Positions 52,435-64,000 of a stretch of DNA of 64,000 nt are shown here, piece by piece. Where the stretch lies: assembly GCF_001194135.2 (NCBI RefSeq), contig NC_068981.1, positions 167,807,787 to 167,871,786 on the forward strand, written 5' to 3'. This DNA comes from Octopus bimaculoides (taxonomy: Eukaryota). The translations under genes were made by a program, and so were the position numbers. The stretch's first letter is position 1. Every line of letters starts with the position of its first letter. The notes below the pieces were generated by a model that worked only from the letters and a program-made list of their open reading frames with translations, searched no databases and had not been told where the DNA came from.

Positions 52435-52645
52435 TTGGCACTCCGTCGCTTACGACGTCGAGGGTTCCAGTTGATCCGATCAACGGAACAGCCTGCTCGT
52501 GAAATTAACGTGCAAGTGGCTGAGCACTCCACAGACACGTGTACCCTTAACGTAGTTCTCGGGGCTATTCAGCGTTGACCCTTTGAATTACAGGCACAAG
52601 AGAAACAGGACGTAAGAGAGAGAGAAAGTTGTGGTGAAAGAGTAC
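52435..52645 (-). mobile_element. 5'-truncated SINE family B
   Basis: 3' part identical in layout to 48284 and 62061; tRNA head absent; tail abuts (TACA)n. Confidence 0.9.
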
Positions 52646-53379
52646 ATATATGCGAATATGGGTACAGGACGTCACCAACTGTGAACAACATGATGTACGA
52701 AAACAAGAGAGTTAAATACGCAAACAACGAGAGAGAGAAAATTGAAAACAGGACAAGTAAAACAAAGAACGACTTTTCATGAGTTGTCGGCTGTCTATCC
52801 CCTCCTCATTTCGAACATTCAACGACAATATGAGTCTTCGAAGACAGTTGCTCCCATAACTTCCTAGATAAATTTTGGATTTTATGGAGGGTCAAAGTTG
52901 GGAACAAAAACAGGACAGTGGAGACATAGAAGGAAACCGAACGAAAACAAACATGGAGGGTCGTTAGACCAGAACGAGGGGGAAAATAGTGAACACTGGA
53001 AGAAATATTTTCTTTGAAAAGAGAAAAAATAGAAGACGTCCAGTACTTAGAACGTCATGTAGGAAAAGAAAGGTGGTCACGTGAGGAACGCGAGAAAGAA
53101 AAGGAGAAAAAAGAAAAGAGAGAGACAGACAGAAAGATAGATAGAAAATGGTGTAGGGGAGAAAAAGGGAATTAGAGAAGGATGGGAGAGAAATATATAC
53201 ACACACATGCATACGCACACTCGCACACAAGTAGAGAAAGAAAAACAGAGAAGTGTTAGCAGGTCTTTTTGTTTGTATAACAGCTTTTCACTTTCTTACA
53301 CATACATGCACGCCCCCCCCCCGCCACAAGTATGTATATTTTCATTTAGCTTATTCAAAATTATTTTTCTTGTCAATAG

Positions 53380-53810
53380 AGAAAGAGCCATTTTGTAACC
53401 TACACCCAAACCACTTTCATTATAAAGAGCCCTAGATGTATGTATGTATGTATGTGACCAATGTTTGGAGTCAGTACAAGAGCAGTTCTGTATGTTTTGT
53501 TTCATATATGTGTACTTATACATATAGTCATATGTCTAGACATAAACATATGTTAAACTTTTGAAAAGTTTCACAAATTTCGACCGTTCCATTGATGACT
53601 TGTATGTGTGGTCTTCTAATTAGCTTTCTTCTTTTTGGTTTTGAGAACCCTAATTTCTCAAGATTTATGCTGAGGCAATTTGTTACATATCTCTGTGCTC
53701 CAATAATTACGGGTAAAAATCTGAACTTGTATACCGGGTGCAGTAGCTGCAAATTTTTCAATATCTCAGCGTACTTGTTTTCTTCTACGCTAATTTTTAC
53801 CTTTATATTG
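53380..53810 (-). mobile_element. Same RLE family 3' remnant, copy 4
   Basis: EEKTSTLRY*KNLQLLHPVYKFRFLPVIIGAQRYVTNCLSINLEKLGFSKPKRRKLIRR...INGTVEICETFQKF; flanked by (TATG)n-like arrays. Confidence 0.78.
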
Positions 53811-54389
53811 ACGTCTTATGTATATATATATGTATGCATGTTTGTGTGTATGGGTACATGTATGTATGTTTGTATGTTTGTATGCAAGTATGTTTGCATG
53901 TAGGATCGATTTTACATGTAGATGCCGTTCCTTTTAAATATGTTTATATATGATTATATGGAACTTACTCTAAGCCTAATTCTTACAACCACCACCACCA
54001 TTACCACTACTATACCTATTGAGCCCTCCGACAGTTGCTTTGCACAAAAGGTATCTTGCAGTGAAATTTCCGATGTATTTATTTCTATAATCAACAAATT
54101 ACATACACACGCACGCACGCACGCACGCACGCACGCACACACATACACCACACATACTCACAAACGCACTCACACGCATACAAATAATGTATAACAATAT
54201 ATGTGTGTATATCTATATATCTATCTATCTACCTCTGTGTGTGTATGCGTGTGCGTACGTGTGTGTATAAGAATACAGAACAAATAAGAGAAGTGATGTG
54301 AGAGAGTAGATGTTTATTCCATACGTTTAATGCTGTTTCATAATCTTCTTAGTTATATAATGGATGTTTCATCGATATTAACACACAAG

Positions 54390-54438
<49 letters not shown>

Positions 54439-54805
54439 CTTAGAATTTAATAACTAGTGTGATTAATCTCCATACTCGAACCTAGCTCTTGTAAGCCTGT
54501 TGAGCTATGTATGTGGGATGAACCTCCGAAAGTTTAAGTTATATGTAGCCGAATCAAACCTCAAACTGTTAAATAATAATATATGTATTCCTACCAAATG
54601 TGTTGATCCTGTCTTTCGTTTGTCCACTCACTTATGTGTGTATATTTGTGCAATCCCTTTCGCCTCTATAAAAAATCATCATGCACAGGCATCGCTTGAC
54701 AAAAGTAAAACTTATCAGAAAAATGGGTTATCGTAGCCTTCGCATGTGTGGGACTTTCGATCAGGTGATGGTAATATTCGAACACGAATTTACAGCCATC
54801 AAGTA

Positions 54806-55673
54806 CAGGGCGTCCCAAAAGTCACTGATGGGTTTCAATTTTTAATAACTTCCTTAACTTTACAAATAAATGCATGAAATTTTGATACAATAAAAAGAAC
54901 ACATTGGAAATTAATATGCACAAGTCAAATTTTGTAACACCACTACAGCACATATGAAAAAGGACATCGCTTAAATGGCAGCTATTTTCTGTTTCGCACG
55001 CCCATGCTCATTCCAGAACTTGCATTTCAGACCCCACCTCTCTGATTTCTATATTAATGTTCTCCTTCAGTTGCACCAGGGTCTCCAGTTTGTTGACGTA
55101 AACCGTCTCTTTCAGGTGTTCCCACAAGAAAAAATCCGATCTAGTCAAATCTGGGGAAGATGAAGGCTAGTTGACATTGACATAGAGGGAGATTGTTCTC
55201 TCTCCAAAGCTCTGCCGTAGCAACTGCATTGTTTCTCTTGCGGTATGAGAAGTTGTTCTACCTTACTGGAACCATGTGTGAGGTCTACTTTGCATGACCT
55301 TCACGTTCTCCAGACTTGACTAGCCCAGATTTTTCTTGTGGTGATACCTAAAAGAGAGAGTTTACGTCAACAAACCGGATACCCTAATGCAACTGAAGGA
55401 AAATATCAATAGAGAAATCAGAGAAGTGAGGTCTGAAACTCTTGAGGGTGTTATGTTGCAAGTTTTGGGAAGAGCACGGGCGTGCGAAGCCGAAAATGGC
55501 TGCCATTTAAGCGAATTCATATTTTCATTTGTGATGTAGTAGTGTTGAAAAATCTGACTTAAGCATATTAATTTCCAATATGTCCTTTATATTGTAACAT
55601 AATTTCCTGCATCTGTTCGTAAAGTTAAGGAAGTTATTAAAAATTGAAAGCCATCAGTGACTTTTGGGAAACG

Positions 55674-55675
<2 letters not shown>
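54806..55675. mobile_element. Fold-back Tc1/mariner element made of two inverted transposase 3' ends
   Basis: About 55-bp TIRs (CAGGGCGTCCCAAAAGTCACTGATGG.TTTCAATTTTTAATAACTTCCTTAACTTT); left arm minus strand ..SPDLTRSDFFLWEHLKETVYVNKLETLVQLKENI; right arm plus strand SPDLTSPDF-FLW*YLKERVYVNKPDTLMQLKENINREI..ENGCHL; TA flanks. Confidence 0.9.
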
Positions 55676-55711
<36 letters not shown>

Positions 55712-55737
55712 NNNNNNNNNNNNNNNNNNNNNNNNNN

Positions 55738-55798
<61 letters not shown>

Positions 55799-56579
55799 CG
55801 AGTAGACAAACGAAAGAGGGAGCGACAGATAAACCGACAGATAAGAAGGCTAGGAACAGACAGACAGACAGACAGAAACATAGAGAGGTTAATTAGCTGA
55901 AAGAAGGCAAATTCAATTTTTGCGGTCAATTTGTTTCAGAAGCCTTTTATTTTTGTTCCCTTTGTAAAAACACAGAACAAAAACTGGCAAAACAGATGTT
56001 CGAATATTCTAATTAACCTTAATTCTTGAATTATAACAAAACAAAAGACTGAAAGAGAGAAAATATATAATTTTTTCCCCTTTCTTATTTTTATCTACTA
56101 ATCAAGACAATCAAACGAGTTCAGTATTGATTTAATCATCTCGCTTGTCCCTTACACAACTGTCGAAAAAACTTTATTTCTTTGTTATATGAACATAGAT
56201 CTTATGAAGAAACTATATACAGAAAATAAATATAAGCGTTATATTGCCTATGGTGTTTCAATTGTGTATAGTAGTGCATAGATTAAGTTTGTTATGTGAG
56301 ACAATTAAAATTGGCTTCAGTTGGTAATTAATAATTCTTTTATTGTTAGTTGTGTTGTTTAACCTCAGGTCAGCCTCAGCCAGTAAGCCGATGATCAACA
56401 TGCACGTAACCGTGTCCCTCCAGTCGTTTCTTCTTTTTCTTACATTTTATCTAGGATCGCCTTTAACTAACGTATACGTTTTGTTTTCTAAGACAATAGA
56501 TAGGGATTTGAGCTAAAATTAATTACAATTTCTAGCAGGTTGAGTGGCCAAATAAAAGCTCTCTTGTTAGCTAGTACTA

Positions 56580-56740
56580 CCGTATTTGATGGTATAAATG
56601 GCACAGGCATACTCAGGGAAAAGGAGAGCACCGGGGGCAAATTAGCCTTTGGGAAGTTCAAATTTGCATATACGACACGAGGTGATTTTTTTAAACATGT
56701 TTTCGAGGAAAAAAAGTGTCTTATATGCCATAAAATACGG
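56580..56740. mobile_element. MITE with TA target site (pogo/Tigger-like termini)
   Basis: TA-CCGTATTTGATGGTATAAATGGCAC ... GTGTCTTATATGCCATAAAATACGG-TA. Confidence 0.8.
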
Positions 56741-57304
56741 TAATTACTGATGTTAGTGTCACATGTTAAGCTATCCTTGGTTAAGCAGATCTATGATCAA
56801 GAATCATTGTTTTTACATATAGTGTATTACGGATCACATTATCTCTCGAATCCTTCCTTTTTGACGAAGGTGCCGCGTAATGAGACTGAACCCAAAACCA
56901 TGGGGTTGGCAATTAAGTTTCTTAACCACACAAATATTGCATGCATTATGTGATATGCAATGAATAAGTATACTGGCCACAGTACTTAGAACATTCTGGA
57001 AATGATAAAACCAGCATGTGTGTCTGCTGATATTTTTTTGGCGAGGGCAATAATTTGGCAGAAACATTAGATCACTGGAATAAATGCTATTTTTTTCCCT
57101 CGTATCTGATGTCATCCTGCTTCGAATGTTAATTCAAATTTTGCTCATGTTCACGCTGCATTCACCTTTTGGGTTTAAATAACGAGTGCAAATAAAATAG
57201 AATTGATTTCGGCGGCAATATATCTCACCAAAAAAACTAGTTATGTATCTATCCAAAATAATAATAGTAGCAGCAGCAGCAGTAGTAGTAGTAGTAGTAG
57301 TAGC

Positions 57305-57338
<34 letters not shown>

Positions 57339-57444
57339 ATATATCGATACCATTTTCTTGGCTTTTGCCAAGAGTACTGATGCGCTTTTCCTGGGCCGAA
57401 TACACAAATCAGTTTTGGTTCCTGGATGTAGCTATTTCACTTAC

Positions 57445-57494
57445 GTCATTCTCTTGGAGAAGACTTGAACATTATAGCTTCTCATATTTCTGTT
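57445..57494 (-). CDS. Candidate 50-nt exon NRNMRSYNVQVFSKRMT
   Basis: TTTTTCAATCTCTTAG| acceptor, GAC|GTAAGT donor, single open frame. Confidence 0.38.
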
Positions 57495-57988
57495 CTAAGA
57501 GATTGAAAAACACACGCATATGTAAGAAATCAGTGCTAATTGGCAAGGTTAAGTGGTATGCAACATTGCAATGCCCTTGTCTGGATAACCTTGATACGTA
57601 ATCTATTTTCACATACCCTCATCTTAAAGTCGAAATTCTAATGTAAGAAACAATGTTATATGCATCATAGAGCTGGTTATAAGTTTAAATATACGAAATT
57701 CTGTGTGATATTTCAGGTGATATTTTCAGGTGATTTAGTAAGGGTACATTGAAGACTTCGTATTCTTTTAATATATCTAGAGTAAATCAGCTTGGTGTAG
57801 TCTGCATCCCTCCAAGCTGTGCTCACAGCACTATATGCTAATGAAAGATTTGTGATTGTTAGAGTGTTGCTACTGCTTACAATGGTGAATTCTGCCACTT
57901 GTTCCCGGTAATTATTAGCAGCAAAATTATTGGCGACATGGCAGAATTAAGAAACTTTGCTGCCAACGTGTAGTGTGACTGATGATAC

Positions 57989-58096
57989 TGTACAAGTCGC
58001 CGTCCTTTGTTTGATAGTTCAGCACCCTATGTATTAGACGGGGCTGCGGCTGACAAATAAACACTTGAAATGTTTTCTGTGGGTTTCTAATCTTTT
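57989..58096 (-). CDS. Candidate exon KIRNPQKTFQVFICQPQPRLIHRVLNYQTKDGDLY
   Basis: Very strong acceptor CTTTTCTTTTCTTTTTTTTAG|, 35 open codons, weak donor GTATCA. Confidence 0.3.
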
Positions 58097-60182
58097 CTAA
58101 AAAAAAGAAAAGAAAAGACTTTTCAAATTTAATGTATTTGTGTGCCTTTATCTGTTGATGGCTCTTAGATGGATATCCGGGTCACGATTTGTTAAATTTT
58201 TGCTTACATAATCATTGCTAATGTTGCAAATGGGCAGATACGCGGGGATATCATCATATGATATAATATAGGTGTGAAGTTATGATTAAATATTAAAACA
58301 AACAAAAGAAATTGATGATTCTTGCGTTAGAACATTTGTTATTCTCATAATGATACTCCAGATGCGATAAAGTTTTCGCATTTCATATTATTACAGGAAT
58401 GGCAATTGATAAATATAATTGTTTAATTCGGCATCTCTTGAAGTTTTAAGTCTCGTTTTAGAAGTTGCCACTTTGCTTCTGAATGAATACAATTAATTGG
58501 ATAAATTCAGTGGAGCGTCAAGAATCAAATTAAAACTTTGCACCTCATCAAGAGACCGAATCTCTCATTAGAAACTTGTTAAGTTTCAAATAGTGTAAAA
58601 TGATATCACCTTGTAAAATTAATTAAGCAGCTTGTATTGGTTGAGTTCCTTTACAGTTTGGAAACATTGTGAAATAAAAATGTATCTCATATGTCTTTTC
58701 CTTGATGTTTAAATCAGAATATTACGGAATACTTTGGATTTTTAAATTGTTTAAATCTATCTATTATTGGGAATCGATTAAATTTTTTCATTTATTATTT
58801 TTATTCGTATTATTGTTTCAATCATTTAACTATGACCATGCAGACACGCCGACTTAAATGGTTTAGGCGATCAAATCGACTCCTTTACTTATTTTAAGTC
58901 TTGAACTTATTCTGCACACGTTTTCTGTTTTTGTTTGTAGGTATTTCAATTCTCAGTAGTCGCTTACATCACTGTTAAAAACATGAATGCCTCTCCGTTT
59001 CATTTTTTTCCATATGTTGAACGCTAATGGAGTTTAGACTTGTAAATAATCAATATTTATCTAAGTACAAATGTACGTGTATAACTAGTGTTACATATGA
59101 AGCTTGGTTTTTAAATATATATGCACGAAGTTATAATCCGCGTTGCTGAACTATGATTGTACATACTCAAGTCCTGAACTATACCTCATATTACAGGACT
59201 GATATATACCTGATAGCATTTAAGCCGGCCATATCTGGCCCCAAAATCCCACCTGATTTACTTCTAAATTGGCCAGATCCGGCCTCTCACACCTACCGTA
59301 CAATGTCGTTCTAAAAATAACCAATCACATCATCGAAATCTTGAAACAACGAGGTGATAAATATTTAATTCAAAACAATGTGAATAAATAAAAATTACAC
59401 CTGAAAAAGTAATTTGAATGTTAAAGGATTAAGGTCTATTTGAATATATGTACCTTATGCGCTATTCTATACTTATTATACAAATAGATGTACAGATTTA
59501 CGTTAGATTTACACTCGATGTTACCCCTCCATGTAATTTGTCAGAAATTAATGACTAATGAGATTTTAGCCCGAAAACCTTCCTTGGCCAATGCATTATT
59601 TCGTAGAAATTTCAGTTCATTTTCTAACCATTGGATTTCTAGCAGAGCTAAATCGAAGGCATTCCTGCCGTGACGAGACATCCGTTTGTGTCACTATCTT
59701 TTTAAGATTATAGGATATGACTCATAATCAAAGAAACATTTGGTTACTATTTCCGTTAGGGTTTATAGTAAAGTTTCCATCATACGTCATATGATCGACA
59801 GACTTAGATCTGCACCCTTTGTGAAAATAGTTACATAGGCGTTAATAGGGGTTTGTGGTTAAGAAGTTCCAGTCGCAACCTCACAACATATTTTCGGATT
59901 CGACCTCATTGCCTGGTCTCTTGGTCAATTGTCTTCTACTATAGTCTTGAGTTGATCAGTGTCTTGAAAGTAAATGTCATATGAAAATTATACATACGTA
60001 CGTAGGTACGTATTGTATATATGTATGCATACATGTATGAATATATGTATGCATATGTGTAACTATCACAAAGCATTCTTTCCGACACCCTACTAATTCT
60101 ACTAATCTATGTCTCTTCTCAGCAAATATTAACAAACAACAATTTAAGAATCCAAATTTAGTAAATCAACTAACAAATTTAC

Positions 60183-60250
60183 GATTTCCGATCCAGAGAA
60201 AACTCCACAGTTTTCCCTGGGTCCCGGACAAAATCGCAAGGAAAATTCAA
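60183..60250 (-). CDS. Candidate exon EFSLRFCPGPRENCGVFSGSEI (alternative frame LNFPCDFVRDPGKTVEFSLDRK)
   Basis: GTTTTGCCATTTAG| acceptor, ATC|GTAAAT donor, GC-richer than flanks; a plus-strand exon 60123-60297 is a competing reading. Confidence 0.3.
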
Positions 60251-60442
60251 CTAAATGGCAAAACATTCACTCAGATTCTGTCCGATCTTTGTCACTCGTA
60301 ATATTGATATTATGGAAGATATTGTTTTTACAGCAGCTCATACGTAATGTAGTTATCACAAAAGTTTTACGTCTTAACAATTTGGCAAAGGATCGGATAA
60401 AAAGGAGAGGAAAAACAAAAGCACGAGACAATAGGTGTGTGT

Positions 60443-60523
<81 letters not shown>

Positions 60524-61500
60524 TGTGATGTCTAGTAGCATAGACTTAGAAATATAGTAGAAAATTGAATCAACAATAACTCATTGTGTACATTTGATTG
60601 GAAACCCTAAATTAATTTTTCCTTAACTGTCGGCGAAGTGGGTGGTTAAAAAATTTGCAAAGATAAGGAAAGCCGAGTTGTTGCCAAAGATTATATTAAT
60701 CAAGGCACCAAAAGAACAAACATCTGACGTATCTATTAGTTATATTATTATTATTATTATTATTATTATCATCATCATCATCATCATCATCATTATTATT
60801 ATTATTATTGCCTTAGTTTTCGTTTTATATTTTTTTCTTCCTCACTCTCTTCAATTAATTCCTTTTACCGCAGATCTTTGAGTCTTTTCAGGTTGCTTCC
60901 TTGTGCTTTTCCACTATATTTTCTTTTCATATAAAACGAAAAATTACGATTTTATTTTTCCTTACTACTCAATCTGTTTTTAATAGTCATTTATAAAATG
61001 TTATCTTTTATATTTAATACATTTTTTTCTTTTTCTTTCAAAGCGTTCTGTTTTTATGCATCGCACCGTAATTTTCTTTTTCGATTTTCTTTCTATCCTC
61101 TCTTTTCAATTATACTTTTCATTTTTCGTCTCTTTCTTCCTTTTTCTTTTCACTTACCCTTTTCCTTCCCTCCTTCACCCCTTTAATTTTTATATTTCAA
61201 TTGACTCCTCTCATTTCTTATTTGTTCTGTATTTTTTTCAGTCTCTCCTCAGAAACTGAAATAAAATAAAAATTTTTATGAATTTCTGTCTCTCTTTTTT
61301 TAGAAAACTTTTTCCTCATTCTCTCAGTCTTTCTTCAAAACCTATCTTCATTACACATTTTTTCTGTTCTTCCTTCCATTTTATACTAACTTACTTCAAT
61401 ATTTATTATTAACTGTGTTGGGGACTTTTTAGTTTCTTTTTCTATACCTGTTTTTCGAAGCTATATTACGTTAACAATTCACCAGAGCAATGGTGAGAAG

Positions 61501-61544
<44 letters not shown>

Positions 61545-62060
61545 AACAGTAAATCTTCAAACCAAATTATTCACAATGCGTAGTTACCCACTTGAGTTTT
61601 GATTTCAAGTCCCACCAAGATCAAATTTAACATGATCAACAAAAAGAAAACTATTCAAGTACTGGACATTACATTTATTGTCTTAAGTCCTAGGCCAATT
61701 ACTCGGTTTCCGTGGCGTGTAAGTGACCGTGTGCGCAACATTCACCACGAACCAGACGTCAGTCCACTGCACGTTTATTTATTTTTAACTGAGTGGACTG
61801 GAGCAACCTGAAACGAGATCTTTTCTCAAGAGTTAACGTACCGTCCAGTCCGGTATTCGAAACTATGATCTTGCGATCGTGAGTGCAACACATTAACCAC
61901 TAGGTGATGCGCCTTCACACCGAAGTACAGGGCTAGAATAAATCCTTAAAATATATTAATACAAGCCATGTGAAAACTAAAATATATGAATACATATCCA
62001 TGTGAGAAATCAATGTTTAGAATTCACAACGGTCCACATCACAAGTAGTCTGTAACATGT

Positions 62061-62440
62061 TGGCACTCTGTCGCTTACGACGTCGATGGTTCCAGTTGAT
62101 CCGATCAACAGAACAGCCTGCTCGTGAAAATAACGTGCAAGTGGCTGAGCACTCCACAGACACGTGTACCCTTACCATAGTTCTCGGGGATATTCAGCGT
62201 GACACAGAGTGTGACAAGGCTGACCCTTTGAATTACAGGCACAAGAGAAACAGGAAGTAAGAGTGAGAGAAAGTTGTGGTGAAAGAGTACAGCAGGGTTC
62301 GCCACCATCCCCTGCCGGAGCCTCATGGAGCTTTAGGTGTTTTCGCTCAATAAACACTCACAACGCCCGGTCTAGGAATCGAAACCGCGATCCTATGACC
62401 ACGAGTTCGCTGCCCTAACCACTGGGCCATTGCGCCTCCA
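62061..62440 (-). mobile_element. Full-length SINE family B with 11-bp target-site duplication
   Basis: GTCTGTAACAT at 62048-62058 and 62443-62453; head TGGAGGCGCAATGGCCCAGTGGTTAGGGCAGCG...GGTTTCGATTCCTAG. Confidence 0.93.
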
Positions 62441-63138
62441 CTGTCTGTAACATAATAAACCACTATTGTGGAAAACAAGCTTATACATCAACTTCTCCAA
62501 AACGAATCTGCCAAAAGGCTTCAACGCTGCTGTACGTTCTTTTACAATGACTAATGCCAACCGAATCTTTCACAGATCACACAATATTCTCGTTTGCGAA
62601 AAAGAAGAGATACCTTTGATTAAGTATTTCTAGGTTACACTACGTCTGAAAAAATTTTAAAAAAAGGTGAGATTGTCACGGCTAGAATGCCTTTGGTTAT
62701 AATTGGTCTATTTGATGAAGACGAAACTTGGAGCTAAAACAACAACAACTTAACCAGAGCAGTGAGATTTACAATGCGATAATATTGCACTATATCACAC
62801 CTTATTAAAGCATTCTCAATTGTTATACCATCAAAAGAAGCGGCTACTTTCACTAATGGATTATGGGTTGCTAATAGACTATGACACACATATATATGTG
62901 TGTGTGCGTGTTTTGTTTGTGTGCGCGCGCGTATGTTGTTTCCGTGAATGCGTATGCTATGACTTATGCACTTAAAAGTTAAAGTGATCATTACAAACGC
63001 TTGAGTTGTAGTTGTTGTTACTATGGCTCTTCTTCTTCTTCTTCTTCTTCTTCTTCTTCTTCTTCTTCTTCTTGATGATGATTATTTCCATGTTAGCCCT
63101 GACCCAGGAGACTTATGATCACTTTTGGGCATCCAATT

Positions 63139-63179
<41 letters not shown>

Positions 63180-63399
63180 CCTCTCTCCCCTCTTTCTCTT
63201 TCTCCCCCTCCCTCTCTCTCTCCCTCTCTCTTAATGTAACGATCATCTTATTTAATATTATTTTCTTTGAGACAGTAGGATATGATTTCAGGAAGACTTA
63301 ACTGCTACTTCTGTATTTATTAGAATTTTTTTCTAGGCTAGAGCTAATCTCTAACAAAGAAACATACTCAATCGCTGGGATTTAGGATGAGAACAACGA

Positions 63400-63545
63400 T
63401 AATTGTTCATATCGAAGTTTAGGAATGTTTTGCGTATCATTACCGTTCCACCTACAAATCGTGTCAATAAAAAGCATTTTAGCCGTCCTTTTCTTTGCTT
63501 GAAAATCCTAGCGTGTCCAGGTTGTCACTAAAATCCCGTAATAGT
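63400..63545 (-). mobile_element. Same RLE family 3' remnant, copy 5 (most decayed)
   Basis: DNLDTLGFSSKEK...GGTVMIRKTFLNF; 5' side adjoins (TATG)n at 63575 onward. Confidence 0.55.
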
Positions 63546-63634
63546 GGGGCCAACTTCTTAATTATATAGTCAAGCTAGCATATGCATGCGTATATATGTA
63601 TGTATATACGTATGTATGTACGTACGTATGTATG

Positions 63635-63666
<32 letters not shown>

Positions 63667-63668
63667 TG

Positions 63669-63739
<71 letters not shown>

Positions 63740-63754
63740 GTATATTATTATTAG

Positions 63755-63793
<39 letters not shown>

Positions 63794-63949
63794 ACATGAA
63801 GTTATTTCTAGAGCAGTAATTAATGATTATTCTCACTGTGATCGAAAGACATATGTATGCACGTGTGTGTATATGTGTGTACGTATGTGCTTGTGCGTGC
63901 GTGCGTGTGTGTGTGTGTGTGAGTGTGTGTGCGTGTATAAAAGATTCAC

Positions 63950-63988
63950 CTTTCGCATCACAATGAAAATAATCATTCGTTAACTGCT
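63950..63988 (-). CDS. Candidate 39-nt exon [12 protein letters not shown]
   Basis: CTATTTTTAG| acceptor, AAG|GTGAAT donor, symmetric phase 1, only one open frame. Confidence 0.33.
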
Positions 63989-64000
63989 CTAAAAATAGAT

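Larger units (their letters stand above)
3464..55738. other. Assembly gaps (14 N-runs) within this span
   Basis: N-runs at about 3464-3856, 8020-8029, 14140-14150, 22186-23026, 27191-28078, 29409-29834, 33093-33537, 36191-36763, 37575-37659, 38612-38716, 41161-42153, 44417-44731, 51456-51465, 55712-55738; most abut microsatellites. Confidence 0.97.

Noticed and set aside
457-63983. Most ORFs in the supplied track (poly-YI, CV, HT, I, X runs)
   Set aside because: They are translations of microsatellites or N-gaps, not genes.
1-64000. CRISPR arrays or prokaryotic operons
   Set aside because: No repeat-spacer arrays or long ORFs; the sequence is intron/intergenic-type eukaryotic DNA.

Overview
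This is AT-rich eukaryotic genomic DNA from a gapped short-read assembly (14 N-runs, almost all flanked by microsatellites). It is saturated with (AT)n, (AC)n, (AG)n, (AAT)n, (TACA)n and (GATA)n arrays and short interspersed repeats. The repeat repertoire looks like a coleoid cephalopod, probably Octopus; this is my recognition, not a search result. Nearly all ORFs in the supplied track are artefacts of microsatellites or N-runs, and no intact gene could be named. Supportable content: (i) several tRNA-headed SINE families; (ii) decayed Tc1/mariner elements, including an internally deleted maT/DD37D-like copy and a head-to-head fold-back made of two transposase 3' ends; (iii) 3' remnants of restriction-like-endonuclease (R4/Dong-like) retrotransposons sitting in (TAA)n and (TACA)n arrays; (iv) a contiguous, co-oriented 5S rRNA copy + SINE + RTE-LINE 3' end; (v) two degenerate minimal hammerhead-ribozyme motifs of the Penelope type; (vi) several strong hairpins, local duplications and RFX X-box-like motifs; (vii) a low-confidence set of short minus-strand candidate exons of an unidentified gene. 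All alignments and translations were done by eye, so element boundaries are approximate.
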